DNA of 63,449 bases, counting the filler, from Gemmatimonadota bacterium (GTDB lineage: Bacteria; 4572-55; J002), in NCBI GenBank assembly GCA_003697105.1. It is 7 parts of 7 records of this genome, joined end to end, with 100 filler letters (N's around TTAATTAATTAA, not from the genome) between each part and the next. Parts side by side here need not be neighbours in the genome. Positions count along the whole stretch, not along the records: positions 29,381 to 38,325 come from RFFQ01000161.1; positions 38,426 to 56,276 come from RFFQ01000162.1; 5 more parts are not named here. One strand, 5' to 3'. Shown here one piece after another: positions 30,376-39,796 of the stretch; the stretch's first letter is position 1, and every line of letters starts with the position of its first letter. Under the pieces are notes generated by a model that made no database searches, was not told the DNA's origin, and saw only the letters and a list, made by a program, of their open reading frames with translations. A program made the translations under genes and the position numbers.

Positions 30376-32391
30376 TTATCGCTTCAACAGATTTTTTAAG
30401 GCGTTACGAACCTCTTTCATATTCGGATACCGGTCTCCGCGGTCTAGTTTGACACAGGTTAGAATGATGTGGTCCAGTGTTCGTAATACTTCGGAATTGG
30501 CGTCGCTTTCTGTCTGTAAGAGTGGATCCAAATAGAGATGGTCATAGTTGATTTGCTCTGCTGTGTAGTATTGTACTAATTCGCTTTCCCGGGCGAAGAG
30601 CCGCCGTCCGGTGACAATCTCGTAAAACACAACCCCAAATGAGAAGAGATCGGAGCGAGGGTCTATTTTTTCACCGCGATGTTGTTCCGGGGACATATAA
30701 ATACCCGTCCCAACACGTTGTCCAACCGCCGTGACGGTGGAGCCGGCGATGTGCGCCACCCCAAAATCCGTAATTTTCACTTCTCCCCGGCTATTTACCA
30801 TAATATTGGCGGGTTTCAAATCGCGGTGGATAATTTCTTGCTGGTGCACTTCATACAAGGCATCGGCAACGCATGTCATAATGCGGATAGCCTCCGTAAG
30901 TTTCAGCCGTCCCCGTTCTTTCAAGGAGGGTCCATCCACATATTCCATGATAATACTTCGGCGTACTTCATCAAGGTCATAAATTTTGACAATATTGGGA
31001 TGATTCAATCCCGCCGCCGCTTTAGCTTCGGAAAAGAACCGGACGATTGCCCCAGAATCTTGGTCTTGTGCCGGAAGTAACTCCTTGATTGCGACCGTGC
31101 GAGCCAGCCGAGTATCGTGTGCTTTGTAAACCACCCCCATACCCCCCCGTCCGAGCTCTTCCAAAATCTGAAAACGGGGGGTTGCGGTGCCTTCATCCTC
31201 AGGAGCGTTAGATGAGGTGCGGGAGCTAACAAAGTTCTGAAATACACTGGAAAAAATCCGCTCGCCTTCCAAATATCCTTTGCGGTTCAAACTTTTGATG
31301 ATATGCTGTTCCGAACGGGTGATCTCCTCGGCATGTACCAGCTTAATCAGTACTTTTTTTTCGGCATTATCCAGATGTTGCCAAATGTACTCAAAATGAG
31401 CCTGCGTGCTGGTTTCAAAGGCGTCTTGTAGCTCCTTAAAATCCGACTCCATGGTTTGACTGGCATCTCGACGGTGTTCAAACAACTGGTAGCAGGCAAT
31501 TTGTAAAAAAAACGGGTGCAAGCCGGCTAACTGGCGAACAAACTGAACTTCTGCACAGGTCAGATCAATGCCATTTTTTTGGAATGGTTCGCGGATCAGC
31601 ATGAGAGCTTCGTTTTCCGAGAAGGGTTCCAGCACAATTGAGGAAAAAATATTGAAAAAAGGTGAACCGATAATCTCATCCATTGCCACACTTTGTAAAT
31701 CGCGGGCAGAACTCGTGATATAAGCAACCTTAAAGTTATTGGCAATCCCCCTCAAGAAGGCAAAAAAGTCTAAATTAAAGCTCCGGTTGCGTGTGACCAA
31801 ATCAAACTCATCAAAAAAGAAGATTAGAACTTTGTCTTTATAGCGTTCAATTTTACGCACGAAGCCATCATAATCGGCACTGGTAATTTGGTTGGAGTGT
31901 CCCACAAAGGTGGATGTTGATCCGGGCTCCTCCGGGGGATGTTCCGAGTTAGGAAAGGGACCCACCAACAACCGTTTCACTTTGCTCAAAAAGCTTTCCG
32001 GTGCTGCGGGCGTACCGGTTTCCTTATTTTTAGCGGCAAGTTGTGCTTCTTCGTGGGTTAATTTTTCCGAGAGCAACATCAGAAATTCTTTGGGCGAGAG
32101 TTGCCCATAAATGGAAAAATCAACCGAGATAAATAGGTAGTTTTCCCAATCATCCAAATAGGTTTTGCGAACATCTGGGTGATAAATATAGTGCATCAGA
32201 GAGGATTTACCGATCCGTCTATCGCCGACAATCGAAACGGATTGCGGTCTGCCGGGGGTACTAATACGTTCGTAAATTTTGCGGATGATCTTTTTCCGCC
32301 CGTAAAAATCGGCGGGGTTTTCTATTTTCGCGCGGTTCGTATACGGATTTTGTCTCATATCAGATGAATTTAGCCATACGGTTAATGTCAA
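30376..32391 (-). CDS. STAND-type AAA ATPase fused to a C-terminal Hanks Ser/Thr protein kinase
   Basis: NPY...FYGR, GDRRIGKSS, FFFDEFD, GLHPFFLQ; then LGRGGMGVVY, VAIK, HRDLKPAN, DFG, YMSPEQ. Confidence 0.9.
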   Translation of the reverse strand: MTLTVWLNSSDMRQNPYTNRAKIENPADFYGRKKIIRKIYERISTPGRPQSVSIVGDRRIGKSSLMHYIYHPDVRKTYLDDWENYLFISVDFSIYGQLSPKEFLMLLSEKLTHEEAQLAAKNKETGTPAAPESFLSKVKRLLVGPFPNSEHPPEEPGSTSTFVGHSNQITSADYDGFVRKIERYKDKVLIFFFDEFDLVTRNRSFNLDFFAFLRGIANNFKVAYITSSARDLQSVAMDEIIGSPFFNIFSSIVLEPFSENEALMLIREPFQKNGIDLTCAEVQFVRQLAGLHPFFLQIACYQLFEHRRDASQTMESDFKELQDAFETSTQAHFEYIWQHLDNAEKKVLIKLVHAEEITRSEQHIIKSLNRKGYLEGERIFSSVFQNFVSSRTSSNAPEDEGTATPRFQILEELGRGGMGVVYKAHDTRLARTVAIKELLPAQDQDSGAIVRFFSEAKAAAGLNHPNIVKIYDLDEVRRSIIMEYVDGPSLKERGRLKLTEAIRIMTCVADALYEVHQQEIIHRDLKPANIMVNSRGEVKITDFGVAHIAGSTVTAVGQRVGTGIYMSPEQHRGEKIDPRSDLFSFGVVFYEIVTGRRLFARESELVQYYTAEQINYDHLYLDPLLQTESDANSEVLRTLDHIILTCVKLDRGDRYPNMKEVRNALKNLLKR

Positions 32392-32466
32392 GTAGCAGTG
32401 GTAACGGGTAAAAAGGCGTTTTTAAGTGCGGTATCGCACCCGCGATTCGTCGGGATCAAATTGGAA

Positions 32467-35400
32467 TCAAGTCAGGAAAGAACTCGAATGTGTGCCCTCT
32501 TCTCGTAGGGTTTTCCAAATAGAATGTTCTTCCCGAACCCATCGCCGGATTAAATTGATTTGGAAGCGGTACGTTTCCGGCGGGGATTCCTTCCTGATTA
32601 TATCTTTTTTTAGCAATAAATCAAGAGTTTTCGCAACCGATTGTGGCTGAACCTGTAACCCATTGAATTGGTGAGCATTTTCGATGACCGCTCGACTTTG
32701 GAAGGACGCGGTATCCGATTCCACCAACTCGCAAATGAGCGAGAGATTGAGGCGATCTTCTGATTCAAATTCTTCATTCCACAGATAAATTAAATGGGGT
32801 GGCGGGTTCTTGATCAATTCTTCTACAGCTTCATCCACATCCTCTATTTCGACCACACTGCGATGCTCATCGTTTAAGATGGTGATTAAATTCCGGCAAA
32901 TACATTGGATAAAATACGGATGCCCGGCGGCCAGCTCGTAGATGCGGCGGATGGAATCCTCTTCGTATATGACACTGCCTTGTACGGGGCGGGTGATCAG
33001 TTGCACGGATTCATCATAATTGAGCAAACCGATCTTTCGATAGCGCGCCACATTGAACATTTCCGGTAAATACTGCTCTTTCAAGGATTCCAACATCTGG
33101 GAGCCCACAAAAATGAAGGTCAGATAGCTCCGTTGTTCCATCAAGTGCCGAAAATAGCGGTAAATATCGGTGCTAAGGTTATCCTGATGGACTTTACGAC
33201 TGAGCAACTCGTACTCATCAAAAAGCAGAATGAGGGAGCGTTCCCCAATAACTTCAGCCACATCATCCAAAAAGGTATTGTACAAGGCATACGGGTTTTG
33301 AGAGCGGTCATCAAAGTTATAGGTTTGCATAACCATTTTTCGCAGGGAAATTGTGGGACCCACCGTGGTTTGGTAGCGGATAAACGGGTTACCCATTTCA
33401 TCGGGGTCCACCTTCGCAATGGCTTTTTCAATCCGGCGGACGAGCCGTTCGTGTTCCAAGGGTTTTTCGATCACTTTGCTGGGATGCGGCTTGACCAACG
33501 GGGGTTTTTCCGGGTTGACCAGATATAAGAGGGGGATATTGGAGAGTTTCGGGAAGTCATCTAGCAGGTCGATAAGTTGCTGCACCAAGTCCTGATCACT
33601 TTCCAAATCCATGATGATCAGCAGGGGGCGTTCTTTTTGGGCAAGCGCCGTCATTTCCGCTAAATTTTCGGCGGCTAAGACTTCAAATTTTTCCACGCGT
33701 AGCGCCACCGACACGAGCCGGATAGTGGGGTGATCTTGGCTTAACATCAAAACTTTGCGGTAACGGTGGACAGATGGCAATTCAATGGATTCCAATTGTT
33801 CGGCAATGTTAATGCTAATTTTTTTGAAGAAATCGTGTGTATCCACATCTGCCATTTCTTGCATGTCCACAATCACCGGAATAAATTGTTCTCCTAACTC
33901 ACCATTTCGGATTTGGTAAAGGGTGCTGGTTTTACCGACCCGGCGTTCGCCGTAGAGTACCAGCGCAACATCATGCCGACGTGACTCAAGTTCCGCTTGA
34001 ATAAACTGGAATACATCTTCTCGCCCGAAAAACATCGTTTTATCTTTGATCGGGTTACCGGTGATGTACATGTTGGTGATTTTGGTCTCTTGGGATCGTT
34101 CACCAAACAGGTCGATTTGTCCCACAATTTGGCGGTACAACTGGTCAATCCGTTCCTGTATCCGATCTTCATAGATGGAACGCTGTAGCAAGAATTGCCG
34201 GAGGGGTAAAATGGCTATGGGGTGCGAGCCGCTGAGAAACGTATAAATTTGGTTTTGTACCTCTTGAGGGATCGCGCCATCCGTGACCAAAAACGCAATT
34301 CGGGTATTGTATGCCGCTTCTTCTGCCGGATGTGTGATCCGGTGGCGTAATTGCAAAATGGTATCCAGGGTTAATTTTTGGTTCGTCAAGCAGGTGACCA
34401 ACGCATGGTTGAATTTCGCATATTCATGGGTTTCGGGGAAGGTTAGGCGTATGTCTGCGCTGGAGAGCCGTTCTACGTGGGCACCCAAACCTTGGAAGAA
34501 ACGGCGGGTCACCTCGACCAGTTCTTCAATCCGAAACGCTTCTTCCATCGCGAGGGTGATTTTAGCGATTACATCTTTATCGGTGGCTTGTAACAATGCT
34601 TTTTCAAAAATCGCAATAGACCGCTTATCGTATTTTTTGGTAATGGCATATACTTCTGCCAAACCCATTAAGGCAACGGCATTTTCAGGTTGTTCTTTCA
34701 AAGCCAGTTGGTAGAGTTCCTCAGCACGATCGTAATTGCCTTGAATAAAGGCATTATGTGCCCGTTCCACATTGAGCATTTGTTGCCGTTCATGCAGGGT
34801 ACGTCCCAACCAGACCGTCAAGATAATCCCCAGAACGATGACCCCGAGGGCAATGGAAAGTGATATCCGGTTCCGCTCCTGGATCCGCTGTTGCTGGATT
34901 TGGGTACGGGTAAATTGCAGTTCCATCTGTGCCATCTCAAACAGCGGGCTGTGATCGATCACACGTTCCAGTAAGGTTTCCGCCGCTTGCCAGTGGGCAT
35001 TATCCATTGCGGTGGATGCTTGCTGATACAAAGAATCCATCTGCTCAATTTTATCCGCCAGCGAATCCATCGGGGACAGCAGGTTGCGCAATTGGCGTTT
35101 TGCCACGGCATAGCGCCCGCGCATAACGTTAATTTGTATCAGAATGCGCCGGGCGTCATCATTATGGCGTTGCCGTTGCAGAGCGTTTTCAGCGGCTTCG
35201 GCGGCACGGTCATAATCTTGGGTTTTAAAATATGCCTGTGCTAACAAAGTGTAAATGTTTGCCAACTTCTCCGGTTTTAAGCGGCCGGTATCCGCTTGAT
35301 TGAGATACAATTCCAGAGTCAGGATAGTTTCCGAATAATGTTCCAACTGAAAATGGGTCCATGCCAGCCAGTAACTGGCGATATAATGAGGTATCAAGGG

Positions 35401-35712
35401 GAACTCGCTTTTATCTTGCATCAATTTCAGCGCGTGCTCCAAATGGGCTAATGCCGACGGGTATTCACCGAGTTGTGCCAAACAACGCCCCAGATGGCTA
35501 ATGTAAACCTCGTCATTACTCGCCAATTCAACAGCCCGTTGGTAATAAGGTAAAGCACCCGCCAAATCACCGTTGGTATATGCGGCATAGCCCTGTTGCC
35601 AGGCATCAAAGGCGGGATCGCCACCGCCATAGACCGGCAAAGCGGTACACCACAGCCACACGCCAATAAAGTAAAGACCCCAATGAAAGGGTTTGAATGG
35701 GATTGGCATCAC
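32467..35712 (-). CDS. Membrane-anchored TPR protein with cytoplasmic STAND-type ATPase containing a receiver-like insertion
   Basis: Signal peptide, TPRs, one TM (ISLSIALGVIVLGIILTVWLG), YITGNPI...FFGRE, GERRVGKTS, LLFDEYE, AGHPYFIQ, C-terminal wHTH-like region. Confidence 0.82.
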   Translation of the reverse strand: MMPIPFKPFHWGLYFIGVWLWCTALPVYGGGDPAFDAWQQGYAAYTNGDLAGALPYYQRAVELASNDEVYISHLGRCLAQLGEYPSALAHLEHALKLMQDKSEFPLIPHYIASYWLAWTHFQLEHYSETILTLELYLNQADTGRLKPEKLANIYTLLAQAYFKTQDYDRAAEAAENALQRQRHNDDARRILIQINVMRGRYAVAKRQLRNLLSPMDSLADKIEQMDSLYQQASTAMDNAHWQAAETLLERVIDHSPLFEMAQMELQFTRTQIQQQRIQERNRISLSIALGVIVLGIILTVWLGRTLHERQQMLNVERAHNAFIQGNYDRAEELYQLALKEQPENAVALMGLAEVYAITKKYDKRSIAIFEKALLQATDKDVIAKITLAMEEAFRIEELVEVTRRFFQGLGAHVERLSSADIRLTFPETHEYAKFNHALVTCLTNQKLTLDTILQLRHRITHPAEEAAYNTRIAFLVTDGAIPQEVQNQIYTFLSGSHPIAILPLRQFLLQRSIYEDRIQERIDQLYRQIVGQIDLFGERSQETKITNMYITGNPIKDKTMFFGREDVFQFIQAELESRRHDVALVLYGERRVGKTSTLYQIRNGELGEQFIPVIVDMQEMADVDTHDFFKKISINIAEQLESIELPSVHRYRKVLMLSQDHPTIRLVSVALRVEKFEVLAAENLAEMTALAQKERPLLIIMDLESDQDLVQQLIDLLDDFPKLSNIPLLYLVNPEKPPLVKPHPSKVIEKPLEHERLVRRIEKAIAKVDPDEMGNPFIRYQTTVGPTISLRKMVMQTYNFDDRSQNPYALYNTFLDDVAEVIGERSLILLFDEYELLSRKVHQDNLSTDIYRYFRHLMEQRSYLTFIFVGSQMLESLKEQYLPEMFNVARYRKIGLLNYDESVQLITRPVQGSVIYEEDSIRRIYELAAGHPYFIQCICRNLITILNDEHRSVVEIEDVDEAVEELIKNPPPHLIYLWNEEFESEDRLNLSLICELVESDTASFQSRAVIENAHQFNGLQVQPQSVAKTLDLLLKKDIIRKESPPETYRFQINLIRRWVREEHSIWKTLREEGTHSSSFLT

Positions 35713-35739
35713 TATGTTGCCTCCTACCCGCGGATTCCC

Positions 35740-38196
35740 CTATTCTGCCATCTTTTTGATTTGGTCTTGAATATCATCACGGAGTTGGCGGGCTTCCGGG
35801 GTGTTTTGGTAATCCAAAGCTTGCTGGATGAGACGGAGTGCCTCCGGCATATTCCCCTGTTGAAACGCGGATCGAGCATTGGTATAGGATTCTTGATACC
35901 GAATCCAGTTTCGCGCGTTTTGGGCACGCTGTTCCAACACGGGTTTGACCTCGGCGGAGGCATAGGTTTTCGCGGTTTCAAAGGCATGAATTGCCGCCTC
36001 CCAATCACCATCAATCACATGTGCGTCACCTAAACTGGTCCATGCCGTGACCAATTTGGCACGAACTTCTTCGGCATTAGGACGAAGGTTCAGAGCGTTT
36101 TCCAAGGCGTCAATACTGCCTTCCCAATCGTTATCGGTAAGCTTTTCCAATGCGGTTTGGTAGTATTGTTCAAACGCTTTGGCTTTGCGTTCTTCTTTTT
36201 GGGCATTCAAGTAGGTATGTCGCCACGAGTCATACAGGGCGATATCCGTGCTGAGGACCCGCCGAATCCGATTTTTCGCGGGCGGGCGTGGACGCTGGGG
36301 GGGCGTAAACTTCACGGCGAAGTACTTCGCACGGGCATCTTTGGTGAAGAGGATGTCCGGGTTTTGGCGGTATAATTCCAAACCGGTCGTCCACGCCTCA
36401 AAAAAGCCATCCTGATCGATCTTTCTTAAAGCTAGGGGTATCCAAAGGTGGTTATCCCGTTCGATAAATTCAAAGCGCGTCACCAGATACGGAGGGATCT
36501 CCTGCAATTTTCGGTCAGACGGTACACCGCTATCAAACATGACTAACAATTCATCGGGGAACGCGAGAATTGCGGTGTTGATTTGGTGGTTTTCCAGCAA
36601 GGTGACCACCAAAGTCGTGATGTCATCAAAATCGCCGGTTGGTGGCGACTCTGACAAGAGTTCGAGGGGATATTTGACGATGTTCCGTTGGAGTACTTTG
36701 GCATGGCGGTAGGGGATTTCGGGGTCGGGTTGGTACGCCAATCCGGTCGCTTGCAAGGTGCAGTAGATTTGCATGGCGGTGATGATATTTTCCGGCAAAT
36801 CAATAATCAGGTCGTCACTAAGAATCAACTGGACATAGGAATTAATCCACTCGTGGGTGGGGGTGATGAAGTGGGCAAGGCGTTCTTCGCTCTCCCACAG
36901 GCATTTGCCACGACGATAAATGGTAAATTCGGTCTCGTAGGTGGTGGGTAAATAGGATTGGTTTGCATACGAGATGGTGATCTGAACCGGTTGTTTCCGA
37001 TCCGCTTCCAATTGAATAACATCTTCGGGAAGGGGGACTTTCACTACTTCTGAGGTCACCCGGCGCGGCTCAATCGATTTTCGTTCTTGCGAGATATACG
37101 GCACCATCATGGTGCCATCCAGATTGATCGGGACTTGGGTTTCAATAATACACTCAATGGTTTCGTTGGCTTCGTTTTCGAGTTCTAACATTGCCACCGG
37201 TTGATTATTGGCATATTGGGAGGCGTACACATCGGTGATATGCATATTCCGAATGCGGATTGAAGCGGGTATCCCAGAAAGTGTCAGGGACAAAAAATGG
37301 GTTCCGGGCAGTGTCGGCGGGCTTTCATAGGTATAGTCCACCCGGATCATTTCAAAAGGTTGGATGAGCCGGAACGGCAATTTCAGGCTGGTTCCAAATG
37401 CTTGTGTCGGGGCTTCATCATTGTGGCGCTCCAGCCGCAGACCGGCTCTTAGCCCGAGCACATCAAACAGATAAACCTCACCACCCATTGCCACGTAATC
37501 ACTCCATTCCAACGTCACCAAGGGATCGGAAAGACGAACACCGTACCACGACCGCGAATTGAAAAGGGTGTAACTGGCACCATAGTGCATCAATTGGGGC
37601 AAATAGATGTCTTCGTGATCAAGTCCCGAATATTTGACTTCAGAATCTGTTAAGTCCTCCCAAACGACTCCCAGCCGTAACCGCTCATTGTAGTTGTACA
37701 TCAAGCCCACATCAATACCATCACCGGTGGATTCGCCCTGCTTCACACCGTCCCAATCCATCTGTTGAAAAATGCTCTTAAAACTAATACCCACACTCAA
37801 ACCGCCGTATAGCGCTACGGCTAGCGAGGCATACAACCGTCCATCCTGAAATACCAGTTCCTTGTCATCATAGCCGTAGGTATAAAAATTAAAGCCGAGC
37901 ATAGAATGACGCCAAAAGGGGAATGCCAGTGCCAAATTTAGATTTTCAATACCGGCACCGAATCGATTATCTGTGTACGTACTGGTAAGTTGTCCGGTAC
38001 TTAAATCCGCCAACCCGGCGGGATTCCAATAAATAGCATTGGCATCATTCGAGACGGCGACATATGCTCCCCCCAGCCCAATCGGGCGGGCGCCCATCGG
38101 TACCTGCTGCCGGTTCAGGGCAAAGCTAGGCAACGAAAAGCCTGTGATGCCCAAAAGGAGGACCCACAAAACGAAACATTGTGAAAATCGCGTCAT
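35740..38196 (-). CDS. PorV/PorQ-like outer-membrane beta-barrel fused to a transglutaminase-like region and TPRs
   Basis: GARPIGLGGAYVAVSNDANAIYWNPAGLA; amphipathic beta strands; YQPDP...KYPLELL...GDFDD; C-terminal TPR helices. Confidence 0.75.
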   Translation of the reverse strand: MTRFSQCFVLWVLLLGITGFSLPSFALNRQQVPMGARPIGLGGAYVAVSNDANAIYWNPAGLADLSTGQLTSTYTDNRFGAGIENLNLALAFPFWRHSMLGFNFYTYGYDDKELVFQDGRLYASLAVALYGGLSVGISFKSIFQQMDWDGVKQGESTGDGIDVGLMYNYNERLRLGVVWEDLTDSEVKYSGLDHEDIYLPQLMHYGASYTLFNSRSWYGVRLSDPLVTLEWSDYVAMGGEVYLFDVLGLRAGLRLERHNDEAPTQAFGTSLKLPFRLIQPFEMIRVDYTYESPPTLPGTHFLSLTLSGIPASIRIRNMHITDVYASQYANNQPVAMLELENEANETIECIIETQVPINLDGTMMVPYISQERKSIEPRRVTSEVVKVPLPEDVIQLEADRKQPVQITISYANQSYLPTTYETEFTIYRRGKCLWESEERLAHFITPTHEWINSYVQLILSDDLIIDLPENIITAMQIYCTLQATGLAYQPDPEIPYRHAKVLQRNIVKYPLELLSESPPTGDFDDITTLVVTLLENHQINTAILAFPDELLVMFDSGVPSDRKLQEIPPYLVTRFEFIERDNHLWIPLALRKIDQDGFFEAWTTGLELYRQNPDILFTKDARAKYFAVKFTPPQRPRPPAKNRIRRVLSTDIALYDSWRHTYLNAQKEERKAKAFEQYYQTALEKLTDNDWEGSIDALENALNLRPNAEEVRAKLVTAWTSLGDAHVIDGDWEAAIHAFETAKTYASAEVKPVLEQRAQNARNWIRYQESYTNARSAFQQGNMPEALRLIQQALDYQNTPEARQLRDDIQDQIKKMAE

Positions 38197-38862
38197 GCGC
38201 TAGAGTAAATCCCACAAGAGAAAAAGAGACAAGGAATAGATCGGATAGAGAGTAATAATAATCGATCCAGCAGTATTCCGAAAGATCAAATTCTGAAGTC
38301 TCCGCAGAAGTTTTTCGCTGAATACNNNNNNNNNNNNNNNNNNNNNNNNNNNNNNNNNNNNNNNNNNNNTTAATTAATTAANNNNNNNNNNNNNNNNNNN
38401 NNNNNNNNNNNNNNNNNNNNNNNNNAACCATTCAAATAGTGTGATAATTGCATGATAGCTCCTTTCAGTAAAGTGAGCAATAATCAAACTATTTGATTCA
38501 ATTTTATTCAAGTGCAGATTTCTGTGGAGACTTCAGAGTGATATATTAATCCATCCACGGTGCGCAACCCCGCTAACCGGAACTACGTTGGCGAAGACAT
38601 GCTTTAACATGAGGCGAATCTCCGGCAATAGTTGAAAACCTCACATGTTTCCGCTTATTCCCCATGATTACCCCGTTTTCAGTGCTGAAAACGGGGTTTT
38701 CGTTTTCGGAGTCGATAACGACGCTATCGCCGCTTTGTCTGGTTCCGAATTCGTTGCTCCGGGCAATCATGGAACAAAAGTCTTGACGGTTTACCTGAGA
38801 AGAGTTATTATCATAATTAGATAATTTTTTAATTAACTAACTATAGTATCGCGAAACAGCTC

Positions 38863-39150
38863 ATGCACAAATTATTCAAAGCGCTGGATGACCCCACTCG
38901 GCGAGAAATTCTAAATTTACTCAAGGAAAAAGACCGCACCGCTGGTGAGATAGCAAAACAGTTTAATATGACCAAGCCAAGTATTTCCTATCACTTAGAT
39001 TTGCTGAAGCAGGCAGAAGTGGTGATTGCGGTCAAAGAGGGTCAATTTGTAAAATATTCGCTCAACACCACAGTGTTGGCGGAAATTATCCAGTGGTTAA
39101 TGAGTCTAAAAAACGCTACCCCGGAAGGAGATATTCATGAAAGTGAGTGA
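38863..39150 (+). CDS. sdpR: SdpR-like ArsR family autorepressor
   Basis: FKALDDPTRREIL...TAGEIA..FNMTKPSISYHL...KEGQFVKYSLNTTV; overlaps an SdpI gene. Confidence 0.82.
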   Translation: MHKLFKALDDPTRREILNLLKEKDRTAGEIAKQFNMTKPSISYHLDLLKQAEVVIAVKEGQFVKYSLNTTVLAEIIQWLMSLKNATPEGDIHESE

Positions 39151-39796
39151 ATTTATCAAAAAGGAAGTGCTAATTTGGCTGGTTATGGCGGTCCCGTTTG
39201 TCGTGTTGGGGCTTGTCTGGGAGAAGTTGCCGGAACAAGTCCCCTTGCATTGGAATTTTCGGGGCGAGGTGGATCGCTACGGTGGGAAAATCTCCCTGCT
39301 CAAGATGGCACTGATAAACATCGGGGTGTACGTATTGATGCTGGTTCTACCCAAAATTGATCCGCGCCGCCGCAATTACAACCTTTTTGAGCGCCCGTAT
39401 CACATCATCCGCCTGCTGATTCACCTGCTCCTATCGGCATTACTGATCGCCAGTGTGGTGATTGCGCTTGGCTACCCGCTCCACATGCCGACGGTGGTCC
39501 AACTGATCATTGTGGGCGTGTTTTTGGCGTTGGGCAATTATCTGGGCAACATCCGCCCCAATTATTTTGTGGGGATTCGCACCCCGTGGACGCTGGAAAA
39601 TGAGGAAGTCTGGAAGAAAACGCACCGAGTAGCCGCGATGCTGTGGGTTTTTAGTTCGGTGATGATGCTGGGGTTGCGGGTCTTCGTCGGGCACGACCTG
39701 TTTAGTTACCTTTTCATCGGTTATATGGTGCTGATCGTACTCGTACCGGTGATTTACTCTTACGCCATCTATCCTAAAGGTGAAACCAGCGCTTAA
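39137..39796 (+). CDS. sdpI: SdpI family immunity membrane protein (DUF1648 + SdpI)
   Basis: LPEQVPLHWNFRGEVDRY; PNYFVGIRTPWTLENEEVWKKTHR. Confidence 0.88.
   Translation: MKVSEFIKKEVLIWLVMAVPFVVLGLVWEKLPEQVPLHWNFRGEVDRYGGKISLLKMALINIGVYVLMLVLPKIDPRRRNYNLFERPYHIIRLLIHLLLSALLIASVVIALGYPLHMPTVVQLIIVGVFLALGNYLGNIRPNYFVGIRTPWTLENEEVWKKTHRVAAMLWVFSSVMMLGLRVFVGHDLFSYLFIGYMVLIVLVPVIYSYAIYPKGETSA

Noticed and set aside
38863-39796. sdpR-sdpI as evidence of a cannibalism toxin system
   Set aside because: No sdpABC toxin genes nearby; orphan sdpRI pairs are widespread
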